From: the human T2T-CHM13v2.0 reference genome, Homo sapiens
Reading direction: 5' to 3' (one strand)
Length of the DNA stretch: 64,000 nucleotides
Assembly: GCF_009914755.1 (NCBI RefSeq)
Contig: NC_060933.1
The position numbers and the translations under genes were made by a program. Positions 43,834-56,264 of the stretch are shown one piece after another. Under the pieces are notes generated by a model, which saw nothing but the letters and a program-made list of their open reading frames with translations, was not told where the DNA came from and made no database searches. How positions within the stretch are numbered: position 1 is the stretch's first letter; every line of letters begins with the position of its first letter.

Positions 43834-44283
43834 AAAGAAAAGAAAAAATCCTGCAGCTAGCTTAATGTCTGCCCAAATGGCCACCCAGTTTTGTGCTTGA
43901 AACCCAGGGCCCTAGTGGCGTAGGCACCCAAGGGAATCTCCTGGTCTGCGGGTTGCAAAGACCATGGGAAAAGCGTAGTATCTGGGCCAGAGTACACTGT
44001 CCCTCATGGCACAGTCCCTCACGGCTTCCCTTGGTTAGGGGAGGGAGTTCCCTGACCCCTTGCACTTCTCGGGTGAGGTGATGTCCCACCCTGCTTCGGC
44101 TCACCCTCTGTGAGCTGCACCCACTGTCTAACCAGTCCCAAAGAGATGAGCCGAGTACCTCAGTTGGAAATGCAGAAATCACCCACTCTCTGTGTTGATC
44201 TCGCTGGGAGCTGCAGACTGGAGCTGTTCCTATTTGGCCATCTTGCCAGCCACCTCCTGTATTTTGTTCTCATAATCTAATAT

Positions 44284-44359
44284 TTTTTTTTTTTTTTTGA
44301 GACAGAGTTTCTCTCTGTCTCCCAGGCTGGAGTGCAGTGGTTTGATCTTGGCTCACTGC
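44284..44359 (-). mobile_element. Alu 3' fragment (about 60 bp plus tail)
   Basis: Poly-T, GAGACAGAGT...GGCTCACTGC, then an abrupt end. Confidence 0.88.
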
Positions 44360-46570
44360 CTCTTCATTCTTTTTAAACAGTAAATGAATAGCCAGGAAAA
44401 AGTTCAGGAAGCACAAGAAGGAGAACATGGTCTACCAGATATTAAGTTATACTCTAAATTATAGTAGTTAAACCCGTGTGTGAGCTTACAGAACGAATCA
44501 AAGAGAGTAATGAAACCCAAGAGAGCATAAACATGAAACATAGAATATTCTACTAGTAGCATTCAAGTGCAGGGAAAGTTTGAACTGGTCAACTAAGGGT
44601 ATTGAAACAACTGATTCTCTATTTAGAAAAAAATGTTAAATTCCTACCTCACAACATGCAGAATAATATATTCTAGATGAATTACGGAGCTAAATATAAA
44701 AAACAACAACAACAAAGACCTTAGAAAACACTAAAAAAAAGGAGAATAGATTGTATTTTAAAATTTGGCGATGGACTACGGGTTTTGAAGCAATAAAAGA
44801 TACAGCAAGGAAATTTCAGGAGGTCTGACTACACAAAAATTGAAATCTATGGACCAAGAAGACCTCATAAATTAAGTCAAAATGCAGGCAACAAAATGGC
44901 TTGAGCTCCTAAAAAATTACTTCTCAATTAATTGTCCTGTGACATTAGCCTTCTTGAAAAGGTAGAGATTTGTAAATATGCATATCCATACATAATGCAC
45001 CTTTAGAGGATCTGATAGGACTCAGAGTAAATAATACCCACAGTTACCCACAGGAAAGGATGGGACAGCTGACAGCGGAGCAGGGAAGGGCGCGCAGAGG
45101 GTGACCTTAAAAGATTTATTCTATGTCAACTTCATGTTATTGGAGTACTTCCTGACATCCACATTTCATTTCCTTTTTATTTGGTTAGTTTAAAATATTT
45201 CAGAAATAACGTGTTTTTAAAAGTTAAATAACACATAGGTGTGTAGAGTTAACATTGAAAGACTCCTTCAGCTAACAACGATTCTTAGCCCAATTCTACT
45301 CCCAAGGGATAATACATTTTGTGTGTAAATCCTTATAGACCTTATTCTTTCATTACAGAATTAATTTGAGATAATTTTTAAAAAGTATGTATACACATAG
45401 ATAAAAAAATGGGAAAACACACGTAATTTCACTAGCATAAAACGTAGTTGGTTTTATTCATATCCCAAGTATTTTCTATGCACTTATAAAAATATAAATA
45501 GTTGGTGTCATAAGATACATATTGCCGTGTAACCTTATTTTTCACATCAAAATATGTATTTTGAGTCTCATTTCATGTAAATAGTTATAATTCTAGTATT
45601 GTATACAATCATAGTCATCTGCTTTTTGATGGCTGTGATTGTATACAATACTATAATTAAATTACACCCTTAATATTTCAATATTCGGGTTATTTCTATT
45701 TTAATGATAAACAGTGCTTGTAATTGATACTTTCTTGTATATATCACCATACTCTTTTCTAATTACTTTGCTTTTGATTTTGCGGTTAACGTTTTTTGTA
45801 AACAACACAAGAAATACCAATGATATTTGTATTTTAAAATATTATGGCAAAAACTATCATAAAAAAAGTCAAAGGACAAATGATCAACAGAGAAATATAT
45901 GTGACAAATAAAGAGTTAACATCTATAACACAATAAAATGCTTGAAAAATAAAAAGATTTTAAAATCTCAGTGCGAAATAGTCATAAAATATTAATAGAT
46001 AGTTTTGAAGAAAATAATTACTAACGATCAATAAACATATGAAAATATAATTAATTTGACTATTTGCCAGAAAAATGAAATTTTAAGAAATAGTAAGATA
46101 ATTTCATGCAATCTATTTGCTTAAAAGTGAGAAAAAATGACACCTTGGTGCCGGAAAGGATTGGGGGAAAAGGCACTTGCATACTTTGCCCGTGGGAACA
46201 GGAATAACCGCAACTGTTTTGGAAAGTGATCCGGCAATATCCATTAAAAAGTTAAAATGCGCATACCCTTTGGCCCTACAATCTCATTTCTCAGAATCTA
46301 CTCTATAAAAATAAAAGTATCTGTACTTGAGGATGTCTATTGCAACACTTTTTGGCCTGGCAAAAAACTACAAGAAGTGTGAAAGGCAATCTTCACAGAA
46401 ATGTACACAGCATGAATCCAGTTTTATAAAACAGGAAATGGTTTTATAAAATATTATCAAAAACAGTGTTTGCCTCTGGTTATATGAATGTGGTGAAAGT
46501 TATGGCAAAGAGTACATCTGGCCTTTATCTTTGGGAGGCAGTAGTTTAATATAAAGAAGCCAGGGCTGGG

Positions 46571-46600
<30 letters not shown>
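46571..46600 (+). repeat. (TGA)10 microsatellite
   Basis: Counted directly. Confidence 0.95.
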
Positions 46601-46602
<2 letters not shown>

Positions 46603-46635
46603 GTGATTTTACTAGGAGTATAGATTACTGTCTAA

Positions 46636-46939
<304 letters not shown>

Positions 46940-47851
46940 TCCTAACTGAACGTTTTAAAAAGAGACAAATAAGTTGGACTCTAGAGTATGGTGAAGAACT
47001 TCTGCACATGTATATAGGTAATGGGGCAGAAAGGACTGCGTCATCACCCGAAAGGCGCACATGTCAGCAGCAGAGTATGGGTCTATGCAGATAAGACCAT
47101 CGACTGCCTATCCACATAAGGTTATGAAGCATGGGCTTCCACAACATCCCTGGCTAGAAGACTTGTTGCCCAACTTCCAGTTCCTGGTCTCTTCCCTTAT
47201 CATCTCCCTCAACAGTCTGCTCAACAGTCTGCACCTGTTGAGTTCTCTCCCTGGTGGTGGGTTCCAAAGGCCATATAAGTCACCTTCAGAGCCCTTTCCA
47301 TTGGCTGTGGGTGGAGAAGCTAGGAAGCTGCAGTCTTCCCTTCTCACCCCCTCCTTCTGTCCCTCCCGTCCTATGTTTCCTGGCCAGCCTGTGACAGCTT
47401 TGCTGGGATATGCTGTAATGTCCAGAGTTGGATCCAGCACCAGCAGGATGAAAATAGAATCTGGGAAACTAGCATAGTACTCACCCTGCTCAAAATCAGA
47501 AAGCCTGGAGAGGACAAGAGGACCGGGAAATACCCACATTTCTTCTGTCCCCAGCAGGAGTCTGGAGTTGCAGGAACCAGGAAAAGTCAGGGTACCAGGA
47601 ACACACAGTCAGTTGAAATGAGGACACGAGGAACTGGCTTCTCTCTCTTTCCTGCCCCTCCTTGGAGCCCTGGTGCTGGCTGCTGCATTACTCAGCCATC
47701 TGCATGAGGGTTGCCTGGGTGGCGATCTCTGGAATCACAACATTCTGGGGTGACGTTCCCAACTAAAAATAATTCCTAAGCCTGGGCATTTGGCACTCTA
47801 GTGCAGATCCAAAGAGGCAACTCCTTCAGTCTCTGACCTTGAAATGAGATT

Positions 47852-47877
47852 CCCCCCAACCCACCCCCCACCCCCCC
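47852..47877 (-). other. Potential G-quadruplex / i-motif
   Basis: C6-AA-C3-A-C6-A-C7 on plus, i.e. G7-T-G6-T-G3-TT-G6 on minus. Confidence 0.7.
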
Positions 47878-47949
47878 GCAAGAGCAAGAATGAGCAGCTC
47901 TTCGGCTCCTTCAGCCAGGGAGCAAACAAGAAGTGGCCTCTGAAAGATC

Positions 47950-48057
47950 CTAAAACCATCCTAACATAAAAATGCCCCCATTCTCTTTATGTGAACTGCG
48001 TGGCTAAAACTATCCTAACATAAAAATGCCCCCATTCTCTTTATGTGAGCTGCGTGG
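47950..48057 (+). repeat. 54-bp tandem duplication (2 copies, 52/54 identical)
   Basis: CTAAAACYATCCTAACATAAAAATGCCCCCATTCTCTTTATGTGARCTGCGTGG at 47950-48003 and 48004-48057. Confidence 0.96.
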
Positions 48058-48309
48058 CCGGTCAGCCACTTTTCCTGGACTGTGTGGAGCAGGAAGCAGC
48101 TGCCCTTCTCACCAACCTCCCGCTTCTCACCTCATTCAATGCTTACAAGGAGGGACTCACTGGATTTGAATGAATGACAGGAGGGACTTTCATTCCAGTT
48201 GCCTTGCTGTTCAGTCTGGCACGTCACATGCCAGGTGGTACAGCAGAGTGACTTGGCAGGCTCTGGAAACACACTGCAGGAGGTTCGTGAGTTCATGTCC
48301 CGCTACAGA

Positions 48310-48410
48310 CGTTGGGATTCAGGACACTTCTCTAGGCCTCAGTTTTCCCAACTGAAAATGAGGATAATGACCACTCATGAATGAGTTACCGCAGATGAAG
48401 CACTCAGCAC
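48310..48410 (+). mobile_element. MIR
   Basis: Core CTCTAGGCCTCAGTTTTCCCAACTGAAAATGAGGATAAT. Confidence 0.75.
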
Positions 48411-49189
48411 TGAGATTTTCCAGAGGTATCAAGGGCCCTTCTTTTTTATTCCCTAGTGAAACACGTTGCCTGCTCCCTTATAAGAAAGTATCATTGAAAA
48501 GGGTTTTAAGATGCCTGACTTGAATCACATTCGTGAGATTCTACATGTGCACGGGGCTATCCTCTGCTGCTGGCATCACGATAGGTTGTTCACATTTATT
48601 ATTTCTACTTTTCATAACAACCCAGCTGGCCAAAAGTACCACTATTTTTATGAGTGGTAAGCTGGAACTTAGCCCTGTTTAGGGCCCCCTGTTTTCCTCT
48701 ACCCTGCTGCCTCCCGTGTTCCCCACCATGCTGAGGGTGTATGGGCATCCTGGATGTGCGTGATATGTAAGGCACGTGGTGCTGGTGAGACGTAGGCATT
48801 CCCGGGCGATGGTCTACAGCGCCTGCTTCACTCCCAAGTGTTTACTGATGCAGCTGGAAACAAGACAGAGGAAACTCCTCTCAGAGAGGCTACATCACAG
48901 TGGACATAGATGGACAGTAAACAATTAAATAAGTTAGATACACAGCATGCCAAGCCATGGTAAATGCATGGAGAAAATCAATCAGGGAGGCAAACGGGGA
49001 GTTCTGCATGGGCTGGGCTGGAAGAGGGATGATTTGTGAATTTTAAACAAGATGACCACTTCTGAATTCTTCTCTGAGGTAACCATAACCTACTGGTGAA
49101 CTCTAAACAGTGTATGGGCTGTGAGAGGTGCTGGCCAGCGAATCTGAACTGGGGGCTCTGAGGGGAAAAGCAGTTTTGCAGCCATGACC

Positions 49190-49363
49190 TAGAGCCACAC
49201 TCTTTCATATGGTTGCCACCAGCCATCTGTGGCTATTTAAAGTATTTAAAGTTACATAAAATTAAAATTTCAGTACTTTAGTCATACCCCTCAGTGGCCA
49301 CATGTACTGGATGGTGCATGTCTGGAACATTCCATCCTTGTAGAACATTCTGCGGGACAGCGC
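49190..49363 (-). mobile_element. MER3 (hAT-Charlie)
   Basis: GCCACCAGCCATCTGTGGCTATTTAAA...AAAATTAAAATTTCAGT...GGACAGCG. Confidence 0.75.
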
Positions 49364-49879
49364 CATTCTCAAGTAAAGACGTGGCATATGGCAGTCCGTG
49401 AGTGGGAGGCATGGCACTGTAGTTTTGGGATGTGGTGTAGGTTTGGTGATAATGGGGTCAAGGCAGTGATCTTGAAGGAAGCGGTTATAGCTCCAGGAGG
49501 TATGTGAAGCAGCTACCTTTGGCAAAACACTCATAATACAAAAGAGCACACAGATATACATCTTCAGGCAAAACTTTAATTCAGTCAACCTGACTTAAAA
49601 TCACCATACTCCTTCCTTCTCCTCAGCTTCATCATCCCCATCACTACATTATCAATATCATCATACATCTGCCACCAACCTCCTTTGATTACTTTTTTTC
49701 CTGTGATAATGTATAATGCAACAGGATGGGTTTTGCTTGTAAGTATAAAATCAACAGGTTCTCTTAGGTTTAAAAAATTACACAAATGCCCAAACCCTTG
49801 TGGGCTTTAGGTAATTCTTTAGGTACTTCTCTCAATAATTAATCAGTAGAACTAATAGAAACTGATAGAAAATAAGCAA

Positions 49880-50650
49880 CTCATGGAACAATTATCAGTT
49901 TCATAATAACCCAAGATAGTTCATTAAGAACTAGAAAAAAGGCTGTAGCATAATGTTCAAAAGTAAAATATTAGTAAATGTGATGCATGATACTTGGGTG
50001 GATCTTGTGTCAAAAGAAAAAAGTCAACTGTGAAAGATATTCTTAGGACAAAGAAAAAAATTTGAATATGGACCAAAGACGTAGACAATAGTATTGTGAG
50101 CTGGGCATGGTGGCGTATACCTGTAATCCCAGCACTTTGGGAGGTCAAAGTGGGATTGTTTGAGCCCAGGAGTTTGAAACCAGCCTGGGCAACATGGTGA
50201 AACCCCATCTCTACAAAAAATACAAAAATTAGCTGGGTGTGGTGGCATGTGCCTGTAATTCCAGCTACTTGGGAGGCTGTGTTGAGAGTCCAGGAGTTCA
50301 AGGCTACATAAGCCATGATCTCACCACTGCACTCCAGTCTGGATGACAGAGTGATACCTGTGTAAAAAAATAATAATAATTAGTATTCTATCAATGTTAA
50401 TTTCCTGAGTGTGATAATTATATAATTATCTCATTTAATAGGAGAGAAATGCTAAAGCATTCAAGGGTTCAGTGTCATGATGCTTGTAATTAACTCTCAG
50501 ATGCTTCCTCAAAAAAAAAATCACATATATGTATATATAATACAAATATGGCAAAACAGTAACAATTGGTAAATCTAGGTAAGGATATGTAGACGTCCAC
50601 TTGATTATTTTTTGCAAGTTTTCTGTATGTTGAGTATTTAATAAGTTGGA
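49880..50650 (+). mobile_element. Old L1M (MC/ME) 3' end split by an AluJ
   Basis: ATCAATGTTAATTTCCTGA...TAACAATTGGTAAATCTAGG...GCAAGTTTTCTGTA. Confidence 0.7.
50099..50380 (+). mobile_element. AluJ with a small right-arm deletion
   Basis: TTGAGCCCAGGAGTTTGAAACCAGCCTGGGCAACATGG; GGAGTTCAAGGCTACA. Confidence 0.88.
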
Positions 50651-51224
50651 GAGAAACTAAAGGATTTTTTAAAAATGAAGTAATATGAGAAACTCTCTAC
50701 TACAGTTACCATGTTTATAAGCCTTTCAGAAGAACTAGTAGATAAATAGTTTATTTTACATATTTGAATTACCACTGAAAATTTTTTTCTCCCTTTCAAA
50801 ACATTGGTCCCAGCTTATTAAAAGGATTACGCTTTGCACTTGAATTTAAAGCCAAATTTCTCCAAGCGCTTTTGCATAAAGATTTGTTAATGAAATCTTA
50901 ACTTTTGGGATAAAACCTTAGCATGTCAGAATCAGACTCTTGGGCATCTCAAGTGCAAATTCCTTACACTCCTTATGAGTTTGGTCATCCCTCTTTGGCG
51001 GAGTCAGTTACATTTCTACAGAGGATTTCAAGGAGAAATGTTAAGATACTCACGCACGCTGAGGGGCCTCCAGCAGCCACGTGCCCTGCCTCTTAGGGCC
51101 ACTCTGGGTCACAGAGGACAGGAGAAAGAAACTTGGGTCATGGTGCAAAGGAGAATGAAGAAAACTTACCAGTCATTTTGGATCAGAGAGAGAGAAAAAA
51201 AGGAAACCTCTCCCTTCTGTTCAC

Positions 51225-51700
51225 ATCAATTAGGACTCTTTGCAATAAGTGACAGAAAAACTCAACACCAGATGAAGCAAGAAAGGGAACTGAATGACTA
51301 AACTACTGAAATGTCCAGAGGAGGACAGGCAGATTCCACTGCTCAGTGTCACAAGACTTGGTGTTTTTTTCCCTCTCAGCTCTGCCTCTTCCTGTGGGCT
51401 CTAACTTCAGGCCCTTCTCTCAGGGGAGCAAAATGGCTGCCAAGGCCCCAGCCCTTATCCTTTTACTGTAAACCAGTGAGGAGAAGCAAAGGGCTGTTTC
51501 CCAGAAGTCCCAGGAGATACTTCATTGGGTCTCAAGGTGTCACATGTCCACCCCTGAGCCAATTAGAGTGAGGGAGGAAATGAGTGTGTGCCTGGATGCC
51601 GAGACACACCCTCACCTACTCCATGACCTGGTGCCCTGAGGACGGGATCACAGTGGGGCCCCGAATGACTGCTAGCAGAAGTGGGGTGCATGACTCTGGG
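51225..51700 (-). mobile_element. MLT1K/J-like MaLR LTR
   Basis: TTAGGACTCTTTGCAATAAGTGACAGAAAAACTCAA...TCATTGG...GTCACATGTCCACCCCTGAGCCAAT. Confidence 0.7.
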
Positions 51701-52159
51701 TTTCCATTACTTCCTGGAAACCATTAGATAACTTAATGGAGCGTGCAACTTAGGGTAGAAAAGAGGGTTTTAAGGTGGAAGGAGAAGAAGAAACATCTTA
51801 CTCTTTTGAAACACTGTGAATCTGCAAAAGACAAAACATTCCTTTCTTTTGCATAGAAATATTTTTTGTTTCTGAGCTTAATGGCACTCGGAATTGGATT
51901 GAGAATGTTGTATCTTTCCCTATACGCCATTGGAACAGAAAATTCTCTCACATTTCTGGAGTGGCTCCCCACCCTGAGCCCTGCCCTCCTGTACCCGCCA
52001 GGAACTCCTGAGGGTGCCTTCTGGCTGGAACAGCAGCTTCCTGGAATGGAAAAGTCTAAGTGTGGAACTCTGGGCTGTCTGCCCTCACCACTGTCAGCAC
52101 CATTGCACGGAGGGCTAAGCAGCGGACCACTGCACTAGGGATGTACAAGAAGAGTCCGG

Positions 52160-52530
52160 GGGTGCCTGAGGCTGGTTTTCCCAGAAGCAGACACTGAGAT
52201 TAAGATCTGAGTGCAAGGGATGTTTTAGGCACTGATGCTGGGAAGCACTGGGAGGGGCGTGGATGTGAAACAGAGAAGAGAAGGAAGTCGATGCACAGGG
52301 TGCTTTACAGACGTTATCGCTGTGGGCAGTAGTGGCTCAACCCCACTGGAAGCCTCTAGAGGAAAGTTAGGACACACGTCAGACTCAGGTCCCGCGTGTG
52401 AGTCAGGCTCCCTGGGCCCTTCAATGGAGAAGTGCCGCTGCATCTGTGAGAAGCCACTACTGTGCAAGCTTCCAGTGGGTGCCACGGCGGGCGATGGGTG
52501 CAACTCAGCCATGTCCAGGAGAGGAGCATC
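52160..52530 (-). mobile_element. LTR33-like ERVL LTR
   Basis: CCCAGAAGCAGACACTGAGA...TGAGTGCAAG...GGAAGCACT...CTGTGGGCA. Confidence 0.65.
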
Positions 52531-53069
52531 CCAGGCACTTGTTGGAAGCATCATTCTAGGGATGCTGTTGCCTGAGGAGCCAAACAAAGAGGTGATTGTA
52601 TCCAGGGAAACAGGACAGACTCTCAGGTCCCCTGGGAGGTGAGAACATCTTCTTTCTCAGGCCCAGATGTCACATAACTCACAAAAAGCCAAATGATGGA
52701 TTACAAACTGTAGGAGGGCTGGACACACAGGATTAGCTACTGGGGCTCCCCTCACTAGCCGGGGCAGAAGATGGCAGCACTGCCCAGCTTTGCATTTTGA
52801 GGAACCCCTGCTCACACATCGTGGAGGAATCTGAATGACAATCTGAGCAAAAGCCTGAATATATTCACTTTCTTGCTGAACAGGGTTACAGAGGAGACTT
52901 GTAGCAATGAAATAAAAGGGCAACTACAGGTGGAAAGTGAGCTAAGGGTCATGAGTCCTCATGCACTCCAGGCACCAAAGCCGATTTGGTAAAAGAACAC
53001 TGGGCCCTCAACAGGCAAATGAAGAAGCTGGTCATCTTCAGAGTGGAAATGCTAAGGCTCTCGCACCAA

Positions 53070-53250
53070 GACAAATAGACTGAGTCTGAATCTCACCTGT
53101 ACTAGCCATGCATCTTTGGGCATGTGATTCAACCTCTTTAAGCTTTTAGTTTCTCATCAGCAAAGTTGGGATGTAAAATGTAAGTCTGTCTTGAGGGTTA
53201 GATGGGATGGTAGATGGCATGTGTAAAGTGCCCTCGTTATGGGAACTCAG
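53070..53250 (+). mobile_element. MIR
   Basis: CTTTGGGCATGTGATTCAACCTCT...AGTTTCTCATCAGCAAAGTTGGGAT. Confidence 0.7.
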
Positions 53251-54371
53251 TGACTGAGAGGCATCTGTGGGGCCAGCCCTGCTGTCATTAGGTATGAATA
53301 TCATTACAAAGGCTACAACTGGTTACCTTACATGCTATTTCTATAAGAAGGCCAGGGAAAAGAAAGAACAAACACACAAAAAATAGACACAAGAGGAGAA
53401 ACTAAGATCCCCTAGGGAGATAGTTGACTTTGGCAAGCTATTAATATAGTGAAGTTATTAATGCATGTGGAGTGTGTCCATTTTCTTGGCATCTATTCAG
53501 TTTCCTATTTTCTCTAGAGGGATGCTAAGTGGACAGGGTGGGAAAGGAATAGGAAGGCCAAGAAAAAGCTATTATGGGTGACCCTTTCCCACTCACCCAG
53601 AAGAACTTCAGGAATGGTCCAGGCTTGAATCAGCAACTAGCTCAGCAGGTCTTCCATGTGAGCCTCTTTGGCTGAAGCCACAGACATCCTGACTTTGTGC
53701 TCAAAATAGAGCACTGATTCAGAAGGCGTCTTCATAAGAGACTGAAATGAAACAGCAAATTGTGCTGTCACAAATGACGAAGGAGGGTTTTAAAGGACTG
53801 TTTTAGGGGGCGCTTCTTTCTCCCCTTTGAAGGCTGAGGTCATTATCTGCACTGTGGGCATGTGGGCTCAGAGCCTGTGTTTCCGTGGCACTGTGGGTTG
53901 GCAGCTTATTCATGTGGTGGTGAAGACTCATGACTTGCTGTTCTTGCCCTTCATTGCAGGGCTCAGTGGCTAAAGGGCTTTATTGTTGCTGCCATGTAAA
54001 GCCTTCTGTCCTATGGAAGCTCCGTGCTCTGGCATCATCTATTTCAGGAGCCTGTGACAGTGGCAGCGTCATACCCTAAAGCTGGAACTTACAGACAAAA
54101 GCGATGGGCCAGTATCGGTCAGTGTTCTAAAAGATGAGCTTTGATTTGACTTAAGTGTTTCCCCTCCACAACAGCATGATAGACCAAGATACTTCTGACT
54201 ACATCTCTCTGTGGATCTGCATCTGTCAGAGGGGAACAGAGTAGATTGTCTACCCACCTCAGAATGCTCCCAGAGACAAGACAGCCCCAGTCCCTTCCCT
54301 GTAGGAGTGGGGAGTCCAACCATTCATTGGCAGAAAGAGCCAAGTACACATATTCAGTTCAAACTCATAGC

Positions 54372-55195
<824 letters not shown>

Positions 55196-55199
55196 AAGT

Positions 55200-55590
55200 T
55201 TTCATCCTAAAGAATGAATTAATGAGAAAATCACCTTTTGGTAACAGTCATAGTTATATTGACTCAGACAGCTGTCAGCGGAAGACAGAACTAGCTGGTG
55301 AGGAGGAATAGGATGTTTTCATGATCTCAGTGCAGCTCCTCGCGGAATACTGATGGATTACGAAGGGAAAAATAGTCACTTTACACTGGTGCAGGCTGGC
55401 AGGCCTCACCTTAACCAGCGGATCACAGCTGGCATCAGAGATGGTGGACTTCACGTACTTCCTGATATGATGTGCTGAGAAAAACATAGCTTTTTGCACT
55501 TCTCTTGCTTCCCACCAAAATTGCGTATCCTGAATCTATTCATGAAGAAACCTCAAACCTAACACATTAGAATGTTATCACAACATGGGA
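55200..55590 (+). mobile_element. L1MC-type 3'UTR fragment in opposite orientation
   Basis: TTACGAAGGGAAAAATAGTCACTTTACA...CACCTTAACCAG...CCTGAATCTATTCATGA. Confidence 0.65.
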
Positions 55591-56264
55591 AAAATCTGGA
55601 CTACAAACTTTTTACAGGCAGGAGACCTCCGCAACACTAGCAGCCTTCTCTAAGATGAGTTCACTAGACCTTTGCTTTCAGAGCCTCAGCGAGGCCTTTT
55701 CAGGCTCTCCCTGCTGGGTCAAGTCTCCTACTCTAAACACAAGAGGGACTTGCTAGCCCGCCCCAATTCCCAGTGGTCCTCGGCCTTAGTTCCTTGTTTT
55801 GGAACCTCTTTTTCCTACAGAGACTTGAAGATCATTCAACACTTCCAGTTTTGAGACAAAGCTGTGTCCAAGCAAGGTTGTCCATGAGCCTCGACTGGGC
55901 TTCCCTCCTGGTCCTGCACAGCCCAGGAGCTGCTGCCTCAAGGTCATCTTCACTGAACCCTGCACGGTGCTGGACAGCCCCAGCTCTGAAGTGTGGGTCA
56001 GGCCTGAACACTAGCCCTGCAGCCTGGTCGAGTGCCCATGGCTCTGTCTCCATTTTCTCATCGGATTCATGGGACCAAGGACGCCGATACAGTAGGGCTG
56101 TGGACAGCATAGGTCGATGTCACTGTAGAATGGTTATCACGGAGCTCAGCATATAGGCAACGTGCAGTCAGCGTTAGCTTTTGGTATTACAGTCGTCAGC
56201 GGGCTTTTAAGCCTATACATTCTGAAGCCAAAGATTTGCCTGGTGAAAGTATTTACAAGTGAGT

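Larger units (their letters stand above)
41969..44257 (-). mobile_element. L1PA7/8-like element: complete 5'UTR and most of ORF1 joined directly to the last ~40 nt of the 3'UTR and the A-tail; ORF2 absent
   Basis: 5' end GGCTGGCAAGATGGCCAAATAGG; junction near 42014-42016, sense strand AAATCCTTTACA|TTCAGCACATGTGTCCCAGAACT. Confidence 0.92.

Noticed and set aside
47950-48057. CRISPR-like repeat
   Set aside because: Two abutting copies, no spacers, no cas genes, and the DNA is primate.
53797-53815. CTCF-like AGGGGGCGCT
   Set aside because: Only the 3' half matches; the conserved CCAC-type 5' half is replaced by GTTTT.
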